Shown here: piece after piece, positions 37,675 through 46,939 of the stretch | How positions within the stretch are numbered: the stretch's first letter is position 1 | Layout of the letters: every line of letters begins with the position of its first letter | NCBI GenBank assembly: GCA_002726235.1 | Contig: PBSN01000008.1 | Coordinates: 386,635-450,634 of the forward strand | Direction: 5' to 3' | Source of the DNA: Nitrospiraceae bacterium | Lineage (GTDB): Bacteria > Nitrospirota > Nitrospiria > Nitrospirales > UBA2166 | DNA length: 64,000 nucleotides | Position numbers and translations under genes: made by a program | Notes under the pieces: model-generated | Told to the model about the DNA's origin: nothing | The model's input: the letters and a program-made list of their open reading frames with translations, nothing else | Databases searched by the model: none

Positions 37675-38475
37675 TTAGCGAGCGCGGTCATAGTGCTCCC
37701 AAAGCTTGGCATATTTGGTAAACACGTAGGCGGCATATAAGCCTGCCAGGACGAGTCCAGGCATGCCATCCCGAAACCCTTGTCGGGCAATGTACATTTT
37801 GACGAACGTAAACAGCGGATGCGAGACAAGCTGGTGGGCGTAAAACCGGCGCCCTTTACGAAACATAGCCTCTGCACCCAAATTAGAATAGCGATGCATC
37901 TTTCCAAGATATTGACTGATTGTGTGGAAAGGATATTGAAAAACATGGCCATGGAGATACCCCAATTTTCCATCAATCCCATCAAAAAACTCAAAACTTT
38001 CATGAACCATATCCTCTCGATAACGCATTCGTGCCCGGTGGAAGAATTGAGGCTGACGATAATCCGGATACCAGCCTCCATAGCGAATCCACTGACCCAA
38101 AAAATGGCTTTTTCGTGGAACGTAAAACGCATCAGATAGTGAGCCACGTTGCAGGATCGTGGTAATCTCATCACGCAATTCATTCGAAACCCGTTCATCC
38201 GCATCCACGCTCAAAATCCAATCATGCGTCGTATGCGCAATAGCCTGATTACGCAGTCGCCCAAAACCCTCAAACTCGTGCTGAAAAAATCGATCTGTAA
38301 ACTCGCGGCAAATTTGTTCCGTCTTGTCAGTGCTGAATGAATCGACAACGACAATCTCGTCTGCCCACACTACACTCTCCAAGGCTGCACGAATGTTCGC
38401 TTCCTCATTGTGTGTCAACAGATAGACAGAGATGGGGGCTTTAGCGGATTCAATCAAGTGGCTTGGCTTCCTCAA
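37675..38475 (-). CDS. Glycosyltransferase family 2 (WaaE/KdtX-like)
   Basis: THNEEANI, VVDSFSTD, VDADE, WYPDY, VHE. Confidence 0.88.
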   Translation of the reverse strand: MRKPSHLIESAKAPISVYLLTHNEEANIRAALESVVWADEIVVVDSFSTDKTEQICREFTDRFFQHEFEGFGRLRNQAIAHTTHDWILSVDADERVSNELRDEITTILQRGSLSDAFYVPRKSHFLGQWIRYGGWYPDYRQPQFFHRARMRYREDMVHESFEFFDGIDGKLGYLHGHVFQYPFHTISQYLGKMHRYSNLGAEAMFRKGRRFYAHQLVSHPLFTFVKMYIARQGFRDGMPGLVLAGLYAAYVFTKYAKLWEHYDRAR

Positions 38476-38620
38476 TCAACATTACCGGAATGTCGTCGGT
38501 GATAGGATAGATGCGACGACAGGCGTTACACATCAAACCATCATTCTGCACTGTCAATACCACCTTTCCTTTACATTTTGGGCAGGCAAGAAGCTCCAGA
38601 AGTGGTCGGTCAATGGTCAT
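38450..38620 (-). CDS. Trm112-like (YcaR/UPF0434) small protein
   Basis: LLELLACPKCKG..C..C.RIYPITDDIPVMLIEEA; start at 38620 follows a GAGGA RBS. Confidence 0.9.
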   Translation of the reverse strand: MTIDRPLLELLACPKCKGKVVLTVQNDGLMCNACRRIYPITDDIPVMLIEEAKPLD

Positions 38621-38630
38621 TGTGCTATCC

Positions 38631-39671
38631 TCACCGTAGTTGAAGCATTCTCTGTGCCGCCAATACGACATCTCTCACGGATACCTTGCGCAGACACTCG
38701 TTTGTGTTTGAGTTATGGCAGTAACGCCGAAAGCATGGACGACACTCAACAGGCGACGTTAATACAGCATGGCCATCCCCGTATGGCCCGGTACACGCCT
38801 GGCTGGTCGGGCCAAATACAGCCACCACCGGAGTCCCAACCGCCGCTGCTACATGCATTGGACCGGAATCATTGGTAATGAGCAAGCAAAGTCGCCGCAC
38901 CACTGCCGGGAGATCACCCAGCGTCGTCAGCCCGGTCAAATCAGCTGCTTTGGTTTTCATTGCCTGCTTCACCCTCGCAATTTCGCTCTTCTCGTTGGCC
39001 GCGCCAATGAAAACAACTCTATTACGCCCCTCATGCTGCAATTGATCTGCAACCGCCGCAAATGATTCAGCAACCCACCGTTTTGTCACCCACCGCGCCG
39101 CAGGAGCAATCCCGATAAGTTTCGAAGCACCATCAAGTCCAACCTTAGTATACAAGGCTTGTCTTCGTCCTTCTTCATCCGGCGAGTCTGGCAACACAAA
39201 CTCTGGTTGACGTTCTTTTGCCCCCAATGCAGAGGCAAGGCGAAGATATCGGTCGACCGCATGCATCTTACGCATTGATCCACAAATACGCTGCGTGTAA
39301 AAGAAAGAACTCCCCTCCCGTGCATCAGCGAATCCAATACGCACTGGGGCTCCAGAGAGTAAGGAGAGTACTCCAGTTCGAAGCAACCCTTGTAGATCCA
39401 CGACGACATCAAACCGACGTGCCCGCAGAGAAGCAACCAAGGCAAACAGTTTAGTAGCTGAAAACTCCCCCTCAATGATATCGTCAAGCATTGGATGCCG
39501 GTAAAGAATGGGTGCCCATTCCTTCTTCACAAGCCACGAAATACACGCCGCTGGAAAGGTTCTGCGAATAGCCGCAAGCGTCGGAAGCGCATGAATAATA
39601 TCGCCCAACGAACTCGGTTTGATGAGGAGAATGCGTTCAGGAAGTGTTGAATAATTCAACAATTGTCTCAT
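38631..39671 (-). CDS. waaC: LPS heptosyltransferase I (GT9)
   Basis: IKPSSLGDIIHALP, DLQGLLRT, MHAVDR, TNDSGPMH. Confidence 0.8.
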   Translation of the reverse strand: MRQLLNYSTLPERILLIKPSSLGDIIHALPTLAAIRRTFPAACISWLVKKEWAPILYRHPMLDDIIEGEFSATKLFALVASLRARRFDVVVDLQGLLRTGVLSLLSGAPVRIGFADAREGSSFFYTQRICGSMRKMHAVDRYLRLASALGAKERQPEFVLPDSPDEEGRRQALYTKVGLDGASKLIGIAPAARWVTKRWVAESFAAVADQLQHEGRNRVVFIGAANEKSEIARVKQAMKTKAADLTGLTTLGDLPAVVRRLCLLITNDSGPMHVAAAVGTPVVAVFGPTSQACTGPYGDGHAVLTSPVECRPCFRRYCHNSNTNECLRKVSVRDVVLAAQRMLQLR

Positions 39672-39841
39672 ACCCGCTCACCTTGGAAGCACACGCGGGA
39701 TCACTTGAGCATGAGGCGGGGAACAAAAAATATCCGTCCAGCAAAGCCTCAGCTGTTTTAATGCGTGGAGGGTACAGGTCGTACACGCGCACGACAAAGG
39801 AGCGAGAATGCAGCCGGTAGTTTTTTTCATCCAGTTCATAA

Positions 39842-41470
39842 TTATCTAGCGTTGCTCCGTAGATCCGCAAGCACCCAATCAACTGCCTCACGAATATCCT
39901 CAGCAATATAGTTTGGCTGTATACCCACTGTCCGAAGTTGATTTAACTCATCACCAAAATCGTGATGAGTTTTCACCAACAGCCCTTTTAGCCCGGCATT
40001 CGCTGCAAGCATAATGTCCGAGGCTTTATCACCAATCATATATGACCGTCCAATGTCCAAATGAAGATCATTAGATGCTCGAATCACCATCTCCTGACGA
40101 GGCTTTCGACACTGGCATTCATCATCGGGGTGATGAGGACAATAGTAAATTCCGTCAAGCGTTGCACCCGCTTCCTCCCTCAGAAGATCACGCAGTCGAT
40201 CGTGTACTTCAGCCAATGTGGACTCGGTAAACAAACCTCGCCCAACTCCAGATTGATTGGAAACAACAACAGTCGTAACGCCTTCACCGTTGAGACGCGC
40301 AATCGCTGTTGACGCGCCCGGCAAAAGGGTCAGGGCTCTGGAATCTGAAAGATATCCTGGGTCGTAGTTGATGGTTCCATCTCGATCCAAAAATACCGCG
40401 ACATCGGTCGTTGCCTTAGAACGTTTCAGCAGTGCCAGTGCTGCCTCAAACACCTCCTGTTCCTCAATGCCATTCATACACGCATGATCGATCGGACATG
40501 CCCGCAACAGACATGGAGAACACCCAATCATTGTCGTTACCACGGCATGTTGTGTTCCGTCCGGAGCTGTTGCTCTAGGATCTGTTGGTCCAAAAATAGC
40601 AACAACTGGCACACCTAATGCCGATGCCACATGCATAGGGCCGGTATCGTTCGTGAGAAGCATGTGACATCGTTTTAACAAAGCCATAAGTTCCCGCACC
40701 GAAGTCTTTCCACTAAGGAGCACGGAACGGGCCTTCATCATTTCAGCAATTCGAGAACCTAACTCCTCTTCACCAAATCCACCAAAGATAATAATTTTCG
40801 CTCCGGTTGAGGACACAAGACGGTCGGCAACTGCTGCATAACGCCGGAACGACCACTGTTTTGCAGTTCCATACACTGCCCCAGGATTAAGCCCAATAAG
40901 CAAATCCATTGACCCAAGGCCATGTGTTGCAAGCATAGCCGCAGCATGTTCATCCTCTTCCGGAGTCGTATGAAGCACAGGAGCACTCTCTCCAGGTGTA
41001 ATACCTAATGTGGCAAGGAGTCCACAAAAATAGCGAACCAAGGGTTCACGGCCAGCTTGATGCGGTCGAGCAACTGGATGCGTAAGCAACCTCCCCCGCC
41101 CATCAGTGTCATACCCGAGTCGAATAGGGATGGCAGCTAAACGAGCGACAACCGCAACCCCAATAGCATTCTGAAATAGAATCGCAAGATCATATTCCCT
41201 TTCCTTCAGATCCCTCCCCAACTTCAAAAGTCCGCGCCATCCAGAATGAATGCCAGGATCTCGGTAGAGGACGACTTCATCAATATCCGGAGATTGCTCG
41301 AATAGCGCTGCAGAAGCTGGTTTAGCAAGAAGAGAAAGATGCCACTGCGGAAAAGCGTGTCGGATAGCAGCCAGTGCTGGCGTAAACATAACTGCATCCC
41401 CAAGCCAATTTGGGGACCGGATAAGGACTCGCTGTATTCGACCGAGATCGAGATCCACTACTAACTCCAC
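39842..41470 (-). CDS. waaF: Fusion of heptosyltransferase II (WaaF) and D,D-heptose 1,7-bisphosphate phosphatase (GmhB)
   Basis: N-terminal RSPNWLGDAVM, NPGAVYGTAKQW, TNDTGPMH; C-terminal VFLDRDGTIN, SNQSG, CPHHPDDECQCRKP, MIGDKASD. Confidence 0.9.
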   Translation of the reverse strand: MELVVDLDLGRIQRVLIRSPNWLGDAVMFTPALAAIRHAFPQWHLSLLAKPASAALFEQSPDIDEVVLYRDPGIHSGWRGLLKLGRDLKEREYDLAILFQNAIGVAVVARLAAIPIRLGYDTDGRGRLLTHPVARPHQAGREPLVRYFCGLLATLGITPGESAPVLHTTPEEDEHAAAMLATHGLGSMDLLIGLNPGAVYGTAKQWSFRRYAAVADRLVSSTGAKIIIFGGFGEEELGSRIAEMMKARSVLLSGKTSVRELMALLKRCHMLLTNDTGPMHVASALGVPVVAIFGPTDPRATAPDGTQHAVVTTMIGCSPCLLRACPIDHACMNGIEEQEVFEAALALLKRSKATTDVAVFLDRDGTINYDPGYLSDSRALTLLPGASTAIARLNGEGVTTVVVSNQSGVGRGLFTESTLAEVHDRLRDLLREEAGATLDGIYYCPHHPDDECQCRKPRQEMVIRASNDLHLDIGRSYMIGDKASDIMLAANAGLKGLLVKTHHDFGDELNQLRTVGIQPNYIAEDIREAVDWVLADLRSNAR

Positions 41471-42034
41471 TTAGGATCATAGCAGGAACGCTTAAGAATG
41501 GAACACCTCGCAATGCAGTCGTACCAAGTTAATAGAAAATCTCATAGATTGTGTCGTACTGCAAACCTAACCTTGCCTCTCCCCTGGCAGGTACATGGCA
41601 GGGAGAAAAAATTGTTCGCAACCTATCGAGCCGTAGATTGCGCTCAGTTTTAAAGAGATGTGTGAGGCTCTGATTTTCTATGCCTGCATTCTTACGGCAT
41701 CACGACAGTAACACGTGATCCCACAAATGGACGCACTCACAGAAAGACTACGTCCTACCTCATCCCCAAGAAAGCGAGCCGCCTTGCAGGAGGTCCTGGA
41801 ATGTCAAGATCTATTGGGAATATCGTCTGCCTTCCCACTTCCCGCATTGAGAAGCGGGTTCTGAAAAACCAAAAGACGCGCCGCTCACAAGGCAAAATCA
41901 TCAAACTGGTGAGGCGATCACAATTCCAAGCACCTAGCTAACGCGATGATTTAGCACAAACCTCTTCCGCAGTAGTGTTGATGGCGACTTCCAGTTCCAC
42001 CGCAAATCGTTTTCAACGCCTAATTACTTGCGAA

Positions 42035-43231
42035 TTATAAAGCAGGTGCCCGTTGGGAGGTCGGCTGCCCAGACAGCGGGAATTGCTCGGGTGTGCCAAA
42101 TGGTAGAGTTTCGACGTACAACGAGGTCGAAGGGAACGCGAATCCAGCGCCATGTCCTCCAACGATCTCTTTGACTCGATAGGCCAGACGCTCCTTCACC
42201 CGAAGCCACTCACCCCATTCTGTGGTCTTGGTAAAACAGTACAGCATGACGTCAACACTTGATGCTCCAAAGGAGTCGACAAACACAAACGTCTTGGTTT
42301 TTTTCGGATCCGTTTCAAACTCCGGATCTTCATTGAGAAATTTTGAAATGTCGTGAACAATAAACTGAAGCTGTTCTTTGGTAGTCCGATACTCCAAGCC
42401 AATCATCCAGTAAATTCGGCGATTGGTCATGCGTGAAAAATTGATGAGCGCTTCACCCGCTAACCGTGCATTCGGAATGGTCACCACGGCCTTATCAAAG
42501 CGTCGAATTTTTGTTGCCCGAAACCCGATGTCCTCCACTATCCCATCAATATCAGGTGTCTGAATCCAGTTCCCTTTCTCAAAGATTCGGTCAAGAAAAA
42601 TAGTGAGTCCTGCAAAAAGATTAGCGATAAAATCCTTAGCACCAAGCGCAACGGCCATCCCGACGAGTCCTAGACTACCCAACACCGCCGCAACATTGAA
42701 TCCCCATTCCTGAAATACCGCCGCGACTCCCAAACAAATCACGACAAATTTGGTCAGCTTAACCAGGAAGTCTTTCATGGTATCTCGCATACTGGGACTT
42801 CCAATCATCCCCAGAGCGCGGTCTATTAATACGGACAATGGGGTCAGCGCTCGAAAAAGAGTCCAAAAAAGGGTAAAGGCAATCAGAGACCGGACAAACT
42901 TTGCAAAAACATCTGCGACATGCTCGGACATCGGGACTACTTGGCCCGCAACATAGAAGCCCATGACCACAAATGCAAACTCAAGTGGCTTTTCAAATGC
43001 CACCAACAGCATGTCATCCAAATTAGTTTTGGTTTTTTTTGTCACCTTGATAACGGTTGCAACCACGAATCGGAAAAATACCCGACGGATCACTAAAAAA
43101 AGAATGAATATCCCGAAGGCGGCAAACACGTCCCCAAGGCTGACCCCCAAGACCCCAGCATCCGATACGGCTACAATGACCTTCCAAAAGTCACTGAGTG
43201 AGTTCACACCAACGCCTCCGCACAACACCAA
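42035..43231 (-). CDS. Mechanosensitive channel, MscS family (YnaI-like, extra TM helices)
   Basis: LGLVGMAVALGAKD..ANLFAG, GIVEDIGFRATKIR, IPNA, AFPS. Confidence 0.9.
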   Translation of the reverse strand: MVLCGGVGVNSLSDFWKVIVAVSDAGVLGVSLGDVFAAFGIFILFLVIRRVFFRFVVATVIKVTKKTKTNLDDMLLVAFEKPLEFAFVVMGFYVAGQVVPMSEHVADVFAKFVRSLIAFTLFWTLFRALTPLSVLIDRALGMIGSPSMRDTMKDFLVKLTKFVVICLGVAAVFQEWGFNVAAVLGSLGLVGMAVALGAKDFIANLFAGLTIFLDRIFEKGNWIQTPDIDGIVEDIGFRATKIRRFDKAVVTIPNARLAGEALINFSRMTNRRIYWMIGLEYRTTKEQLQFIVHDISKFLNEDPEFETDPKKTKTFVFVDSFGASSVDVMLYCFTKTTEWGEWLRVKERLAYRVKEIVGGHGAGFAFPSTSLYVETLPFGTPEQFPLSGQPTSQRAPAL

Positions 43232-43264
43232 GCCACTTTCAAAACCCCGCTAGATGAAAGGATA

Positions 43265-43693
43265 TCAGGTATCATATCGAAACTTCATATATGCAACGCC
43301 CGCGGCTAAGGCCAAGCGCCACGCCAACTCGACATCGACGTTGTAATCAGGATCGTGTTCTCTGACTGTATCAAGCAAACTATCGATCCAGAAATCATAC
43401 AGCCAAGGTTCAATATTCTTCTGACTGCGGCTATGCAACGCCGCAACATACGACAACTCTTCTGGCACTTTCAGATCGCTGTATAGGTTGATCACGTGCA
43501 CGAGAGACTTCTGGAGCATCCGTTTCTGTCGCCGAAGATCAACATGCCGAAATTTCTCAGCGACGATGGGTGATGATGCAATGAATTTATCATAGAACAT
43601 ATCGAAAAAACGCTCCTTGCTATCCTCTCTACTCACGCGAGCATAGCTTTCCTTAAAAACAACTTTGTAATCACCCGTTCCTTTCAGTGTCAT
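43265..43693 (-). CDS. Single-domain globin
   Basis: FY (B9/B10), F (CD1), QKRML (E7 Gln), LH (F8 His), Y..W..SL, AW in helix H. Confidence 0.85.
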   Translation of the reverse strand: MTLKGTGDYKVVFKESYARVSREDSKERFFDMFYDKFIASSPIVAEKFRHVDLRRQKRMLQKSLVHVINLYSDLKVPEELSYVAALHSRSQKNIEPWLYDFWIDSLLDTVREHDPDYNVDVELAWRLALAAGVAYMKFRYDT

Positions 43694-43816
43694 GGGGTCT
43701 CTCAGTTTTCTCCGAACGTACTCAGGACCGCAAAACTATTCCTACATCTAATCCTAGCACATGCATTGATTACTGTGAGACAACAAGACCCACAGCAGTA
43801 GCTCGACCAGCACATC

Positions 43817-44911
43817 TCACCCTTGATTTACGGCGTACATCAGATGTTCTTCTAGCGATTCTTGTCCTTCCTTCCACTCAAGTTCCATCCTAGCAGCGAC
43901 AACTTCCAATGATGCGGGGAGCCGATGGCAAATCTTGACGGCATCTTTCTCTGTGGTGATGACAAGTTTTGGAGAACATCCTTCAGTGCTATTCCATATG
44001 GTTTGAAGATCCTCTGACGTGTATCGCCAATGATCTGAAAAACTCAGAAACTCATGAATCGTCACGCCCGCGCCTTCCAACATGGAAGAAAATGAGTTCG
44101 GATTTGCGATTCCGCAAAAGGCAATACAACGCTTTCCAGATAGCGCCTCTGGCGAGAGAAGTTCACCTGTCCGAAGGTTCACGAAACCTGCCAAAAAAAA
44201 ATTTGATATTGCAATAGGCATCTCCAGTGAAGCTGAGGTGCACAACTGCGCGATTACACTATTTTTAGTGGACGATGCCCTCGTGACAATCAGTGCCGTC
44301 GCACGCTCAATGCCTATGGATGGCTCGCGCAACGGGCCTCGCGGTAAAAGATATCCATTACCGAAACGTGATTCTTCATCAACGAGGAGAAGGTTAGCAT
44401 CACGTTTTAATGCCAAGTGTTGGAATCCATCATCCAGAATAAGCACATCGCACAAAAACTGACTAAGAAGTTGTCTTCCAGCAGCATATCTATTAGTTCC
44501 AACGATGACCGGAATTCCTGGGCATCGCGTAGCGATAAGAATTGGCTCATCACCTGCTTTCTGTGAGTCAAGCAAAATTTTCTTACCATCGGAGACCAGG
44601 AGAATCTGTTTTTCATCGTTTCGTCCATAACCACGACTGACCACTCCGACACGTTTTCCTTGATTGTGAAGCCACTGAGCCAGCGCGATAACAAGGGGGG
44701 TCTTCCCTGTCCCCCCAACAGTGAGATTTCCAACGCTGATGACAGGACAACTCAAAGATCGCGTTTTCAAAAACCCCAATCGGTACAAGTAGGAGCGAAA
44801 TCTTCCGCCTACGCCGTACGCAAATGCAAACGGAACAAGGGCGAGATCAAGTGCGGGCGACAAAGTCCCATTCCGAATGTGCTGTTGAAACCACATTATA
44901 AGTCGTTGCAT
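43817..44911 (-). CDS. lpxK: Tetraacyldisaccharide 4'-kinase
   Basis: VGNLTVGGTGKTP, SRGYG, GDEP, LDDGFQH, PRGPLRE, TTEKDAVK. Confidence 0.96.
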   Translation of the reverse strand: MQRLIMWFQQHIRNGTLSPALDLALVPFAFAYGVGGRFRSYLYRLGFLKTRSLSCPVISVGNLTVGGTGKTPLVIALAQWLHNQGKRVGVVSRGYGRNDEKQILLVSDGKKILLDSQKAGDEPILIATRCPGIPVIVGTNRYAAGRQLLSQFLCDVLILDDGFQHLALKRDANLLLVDEESRFGNGYLLPRGPLREPSIGIERATALIVTRASSTKNSVIAQLCTSASLEMPIAISNFFLAGFVNLRTGELLSPEALSGKRCIAFCGIANPNSFSSMLEGAGVTIHEFLSFSDHWRYTSEDLQTIWNSTEGCSPKLVITTEKDAVKICHRLPASLEVVAARMELEWKEGQESLEEHLMYAVNQG

Positions 44912-44929
44912 ACTGACAAATGTGCAGTG

Positions 44930-46306
44930 CTAAATTGCCGCACGAGACTGATCACCCAGTACTAAGTCGAGGACTCGCATTGTGCGATCAAGCGCACCCT
45001 GATTATCCTTAACGACTTGCTTTGCCGCATTTCCCACCCACTCACGCTGTTTCTTATCTCGCAAGAGTCCTGTCATTCTCGTGGTCATTTCTTCCAATGA
45101 GAATATCTGAATTCCACCGCCACCTGCGACCATCATTTTCGCCATCTCAGCGACATGATCCATATACGGTCCGAACAACACCGGCTTTCCCCATTGCGCC
45201 GGCTCCATCAGATTGTGCCCGCCCACTGGGACCCAACTTCCCCCAACCCACACAATGGTCGCGAACTGAAATATGGCCGCCAGTTCACCATAAGTATCAA
45301 GAATCAGCACACGCTTTGAAACATTGCTTCCGGCATCCATCCTCGTAGTGGAGAGAAGATGATTCTGGCTAGCATTGGATGCCAATGTTTTGCGGAGAGG
45401 GACGAAGCTGTGGGAACGTATCATCGACTCAAGTTCTGACACGCGATCGAGATGTCTAGGTGCAAGCAACAATACCAACGAAGGAAACGTTTCAAGGAGC
45501 CTTTTGTACACTGTCAAAATCGCGTCCTCTTCACCCTGATATGTACTTGCTGCAACAAGCACATCTTCCCCTTCCGCCATTTTCACAAACGCTCCTAATG
45601 TTTTTTCGATCCGAGGGTTTGAGAGAGGCAACTCCTGATCACACTTGATGCTTCCCGTCATCACCACTTGTTCCGCATTTGCCCCCAATGCACGTATTCG
45701 GTCGACATCGCGTTTAGACTGCATGGCACAGAGCGATATGGACTGAATCACGTGCTTCATGAATGGTCTAATTTTCATGTAGCGGCCAAATGATTTTGAC
45801 GAGAGTCGCCCATTAATAAGCAACGTGGGAGTCCGTCGGCGCTGTAATGCATGAAGCAAATTAGGCCAGAGTTCGGTATCGACAAACATGAATACGTGAG
45901 GATTGATTCTATTGAGTACGCGATTAACGATAACCACATAGTCAAAAGGGAGATACAAATGTTCTGCAAGACCATGAAGCTTATTCAGTACCACGTCACG
46001 ACCGGTATCAGTGATCGTCGAGACAAATACTCTGGAGTTCGGATAAGCATCCTTAATTCGAAAGACCAGCGGGACGATAGCCATCGCTTCACCCATGGAC
46101 ACCGCATGAATCCACAGCACAAGATTATCGCTGTGGCCGACAGCAGGATTCCGGGAGAACACACCGAATCGTTCCAACAACCCAGCACGAGATCGTTGCT
46201 TGGCAATCAGAAGAAAGAGGATCACGGGTAATCCGATGGTCAGAAGAAAATTATATAAGGTATACCATCCACTCCTGCTAGGAGAGGCAATATTGATCGG
46301 CTTCAT
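44930..46306 (-). CDS. waaA: 3-deoxy-D-manno-octulosonic acid (Kdo) transferase
   Basis: WIHAVSMGE, ELWPN, NGRLS, APRH, DTYGEL, GGHNLMEP. Confidence 0.95.
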   Translation of the reverse strand: MKPINIASPSRSGWYTLYNFLLTIGLPVILFLLIAKQRSRAGLLERFGVFSRNPAVGHSDNLVLWIHAVSMGEAMAIVPLVFRIKDAYPNSRVFVSTITDTGRDVVLNKLHGLAEHLYLPFDYVVIVNRVLNRINPHVFMFVDTELWPNLLHALQRRRTPTLLINGRLSSKSFGRYMKIRPFMKHVIQSISLCAMQSKRDVDRIRALGANAEQVVMTGSIKCDQELPLSNPRIEKTLGAFVKMAEGEDVLVAASTYQGEEDAILTVYKRLLETFPSLVLLLAPRHLDRVSELESMIRSHSFVPLRKTLASNASQNHLLSTTRMDAGSNVSKRVLILDTYGELAAIFQFATIVWVGGSWVPVGGHNLMEPAQWGKPVLFGPYMDHVAEMAKMMVAGGGGIQIFSLEEMTTRMTGLLRDKKQREWVGNAAKQVVKDNQGALDRTMRVLDLVLGDQSRAAI

Positions 46307-46928
46307 CGCACACTCGATTTAACTCATCCTCAATTTCTTTACATTTCTCTTCGCGCTCGATTTTTCCAGATTCGCGATGAACCCACAGCGGTTCACCCCA
46401 CACAAAAACACTTCGTGTCCAAGGCAAGGGAAGCTGGAACCTATCCCAACTCTGAAACACGTATTTCTTGGCGGCACCAAAAGCCAAGGCTACAATTGGC
46501 AATCCGGTTTTCTGGGCGACATATGCAATACCTGATTGTGCCACACAACGCGGCCCTCGTGGACCATCTGGCGTAAACACAAGATCCGAACCAGCTTGGG
46601 CCAACGAAAGCAATTCGCCAACCGCGCGCATCCCTCCCCGCGTAGTTGACCCCCGCACGGTCCCAAAACCCAAACGTTGCAGGATTCCGTGAATATATTC
46701 ACCATCCCGATGCTGACTCACCAGCACATATCCTGATTTCCCTCGATAGGCAAACGGCATCATCAACTGGCGACCATGCCAAAAAGCAATGATCACGGGC
46801 ATCCGCTTTTTATGAAACTGATCGATACGCTCTGGATACAGCGTGTGGATGCGCAAGGTTTTAGCATATATCCGCAGCAACGCTGTCCCGAGCAGAGGAA
46901 ACACTCGCCTTATGAAGAACTGTTCCAT
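46278..46928 (-). CDS. DUF374 lysophospholipid-acyltransferase-like protein
   Basis: FWHGRQ, VSQHRDGE, VRGSTTRGG, TPDGPRGP, SWDRF. Confidence 0.88.
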   Translation of the reverse strand: MEQFFIRRVFPLLGTALLRIYAKTLRIHTLYPERIDQFHKKRMPVIIAFWHGRQLMMPFAYRGKSGYVLVSQHRDGEYIHGILQRLGFGTVRGSTTRGGMRAVGELLSLAQAGSDLVFTPDGPRGPRCVAQSGIAYVAQKTGLPIVALAFGAAKKYVFQSWDRFQLPLPWTRSVFVWGEPLWVHRESGKIEREEKCKEIEDELNRVCDEADQYCLS

Positions 46929-46939
46929 AGTCTACCTGT

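Noticed and set aside
41471..42034. Riboswitch or ncRNA upstream of waaF
   Set aside because: Only short hairpins (e.g. CCCGC..GCGGG); no cobalamin, TPP, SAM or other consensus could be matched.
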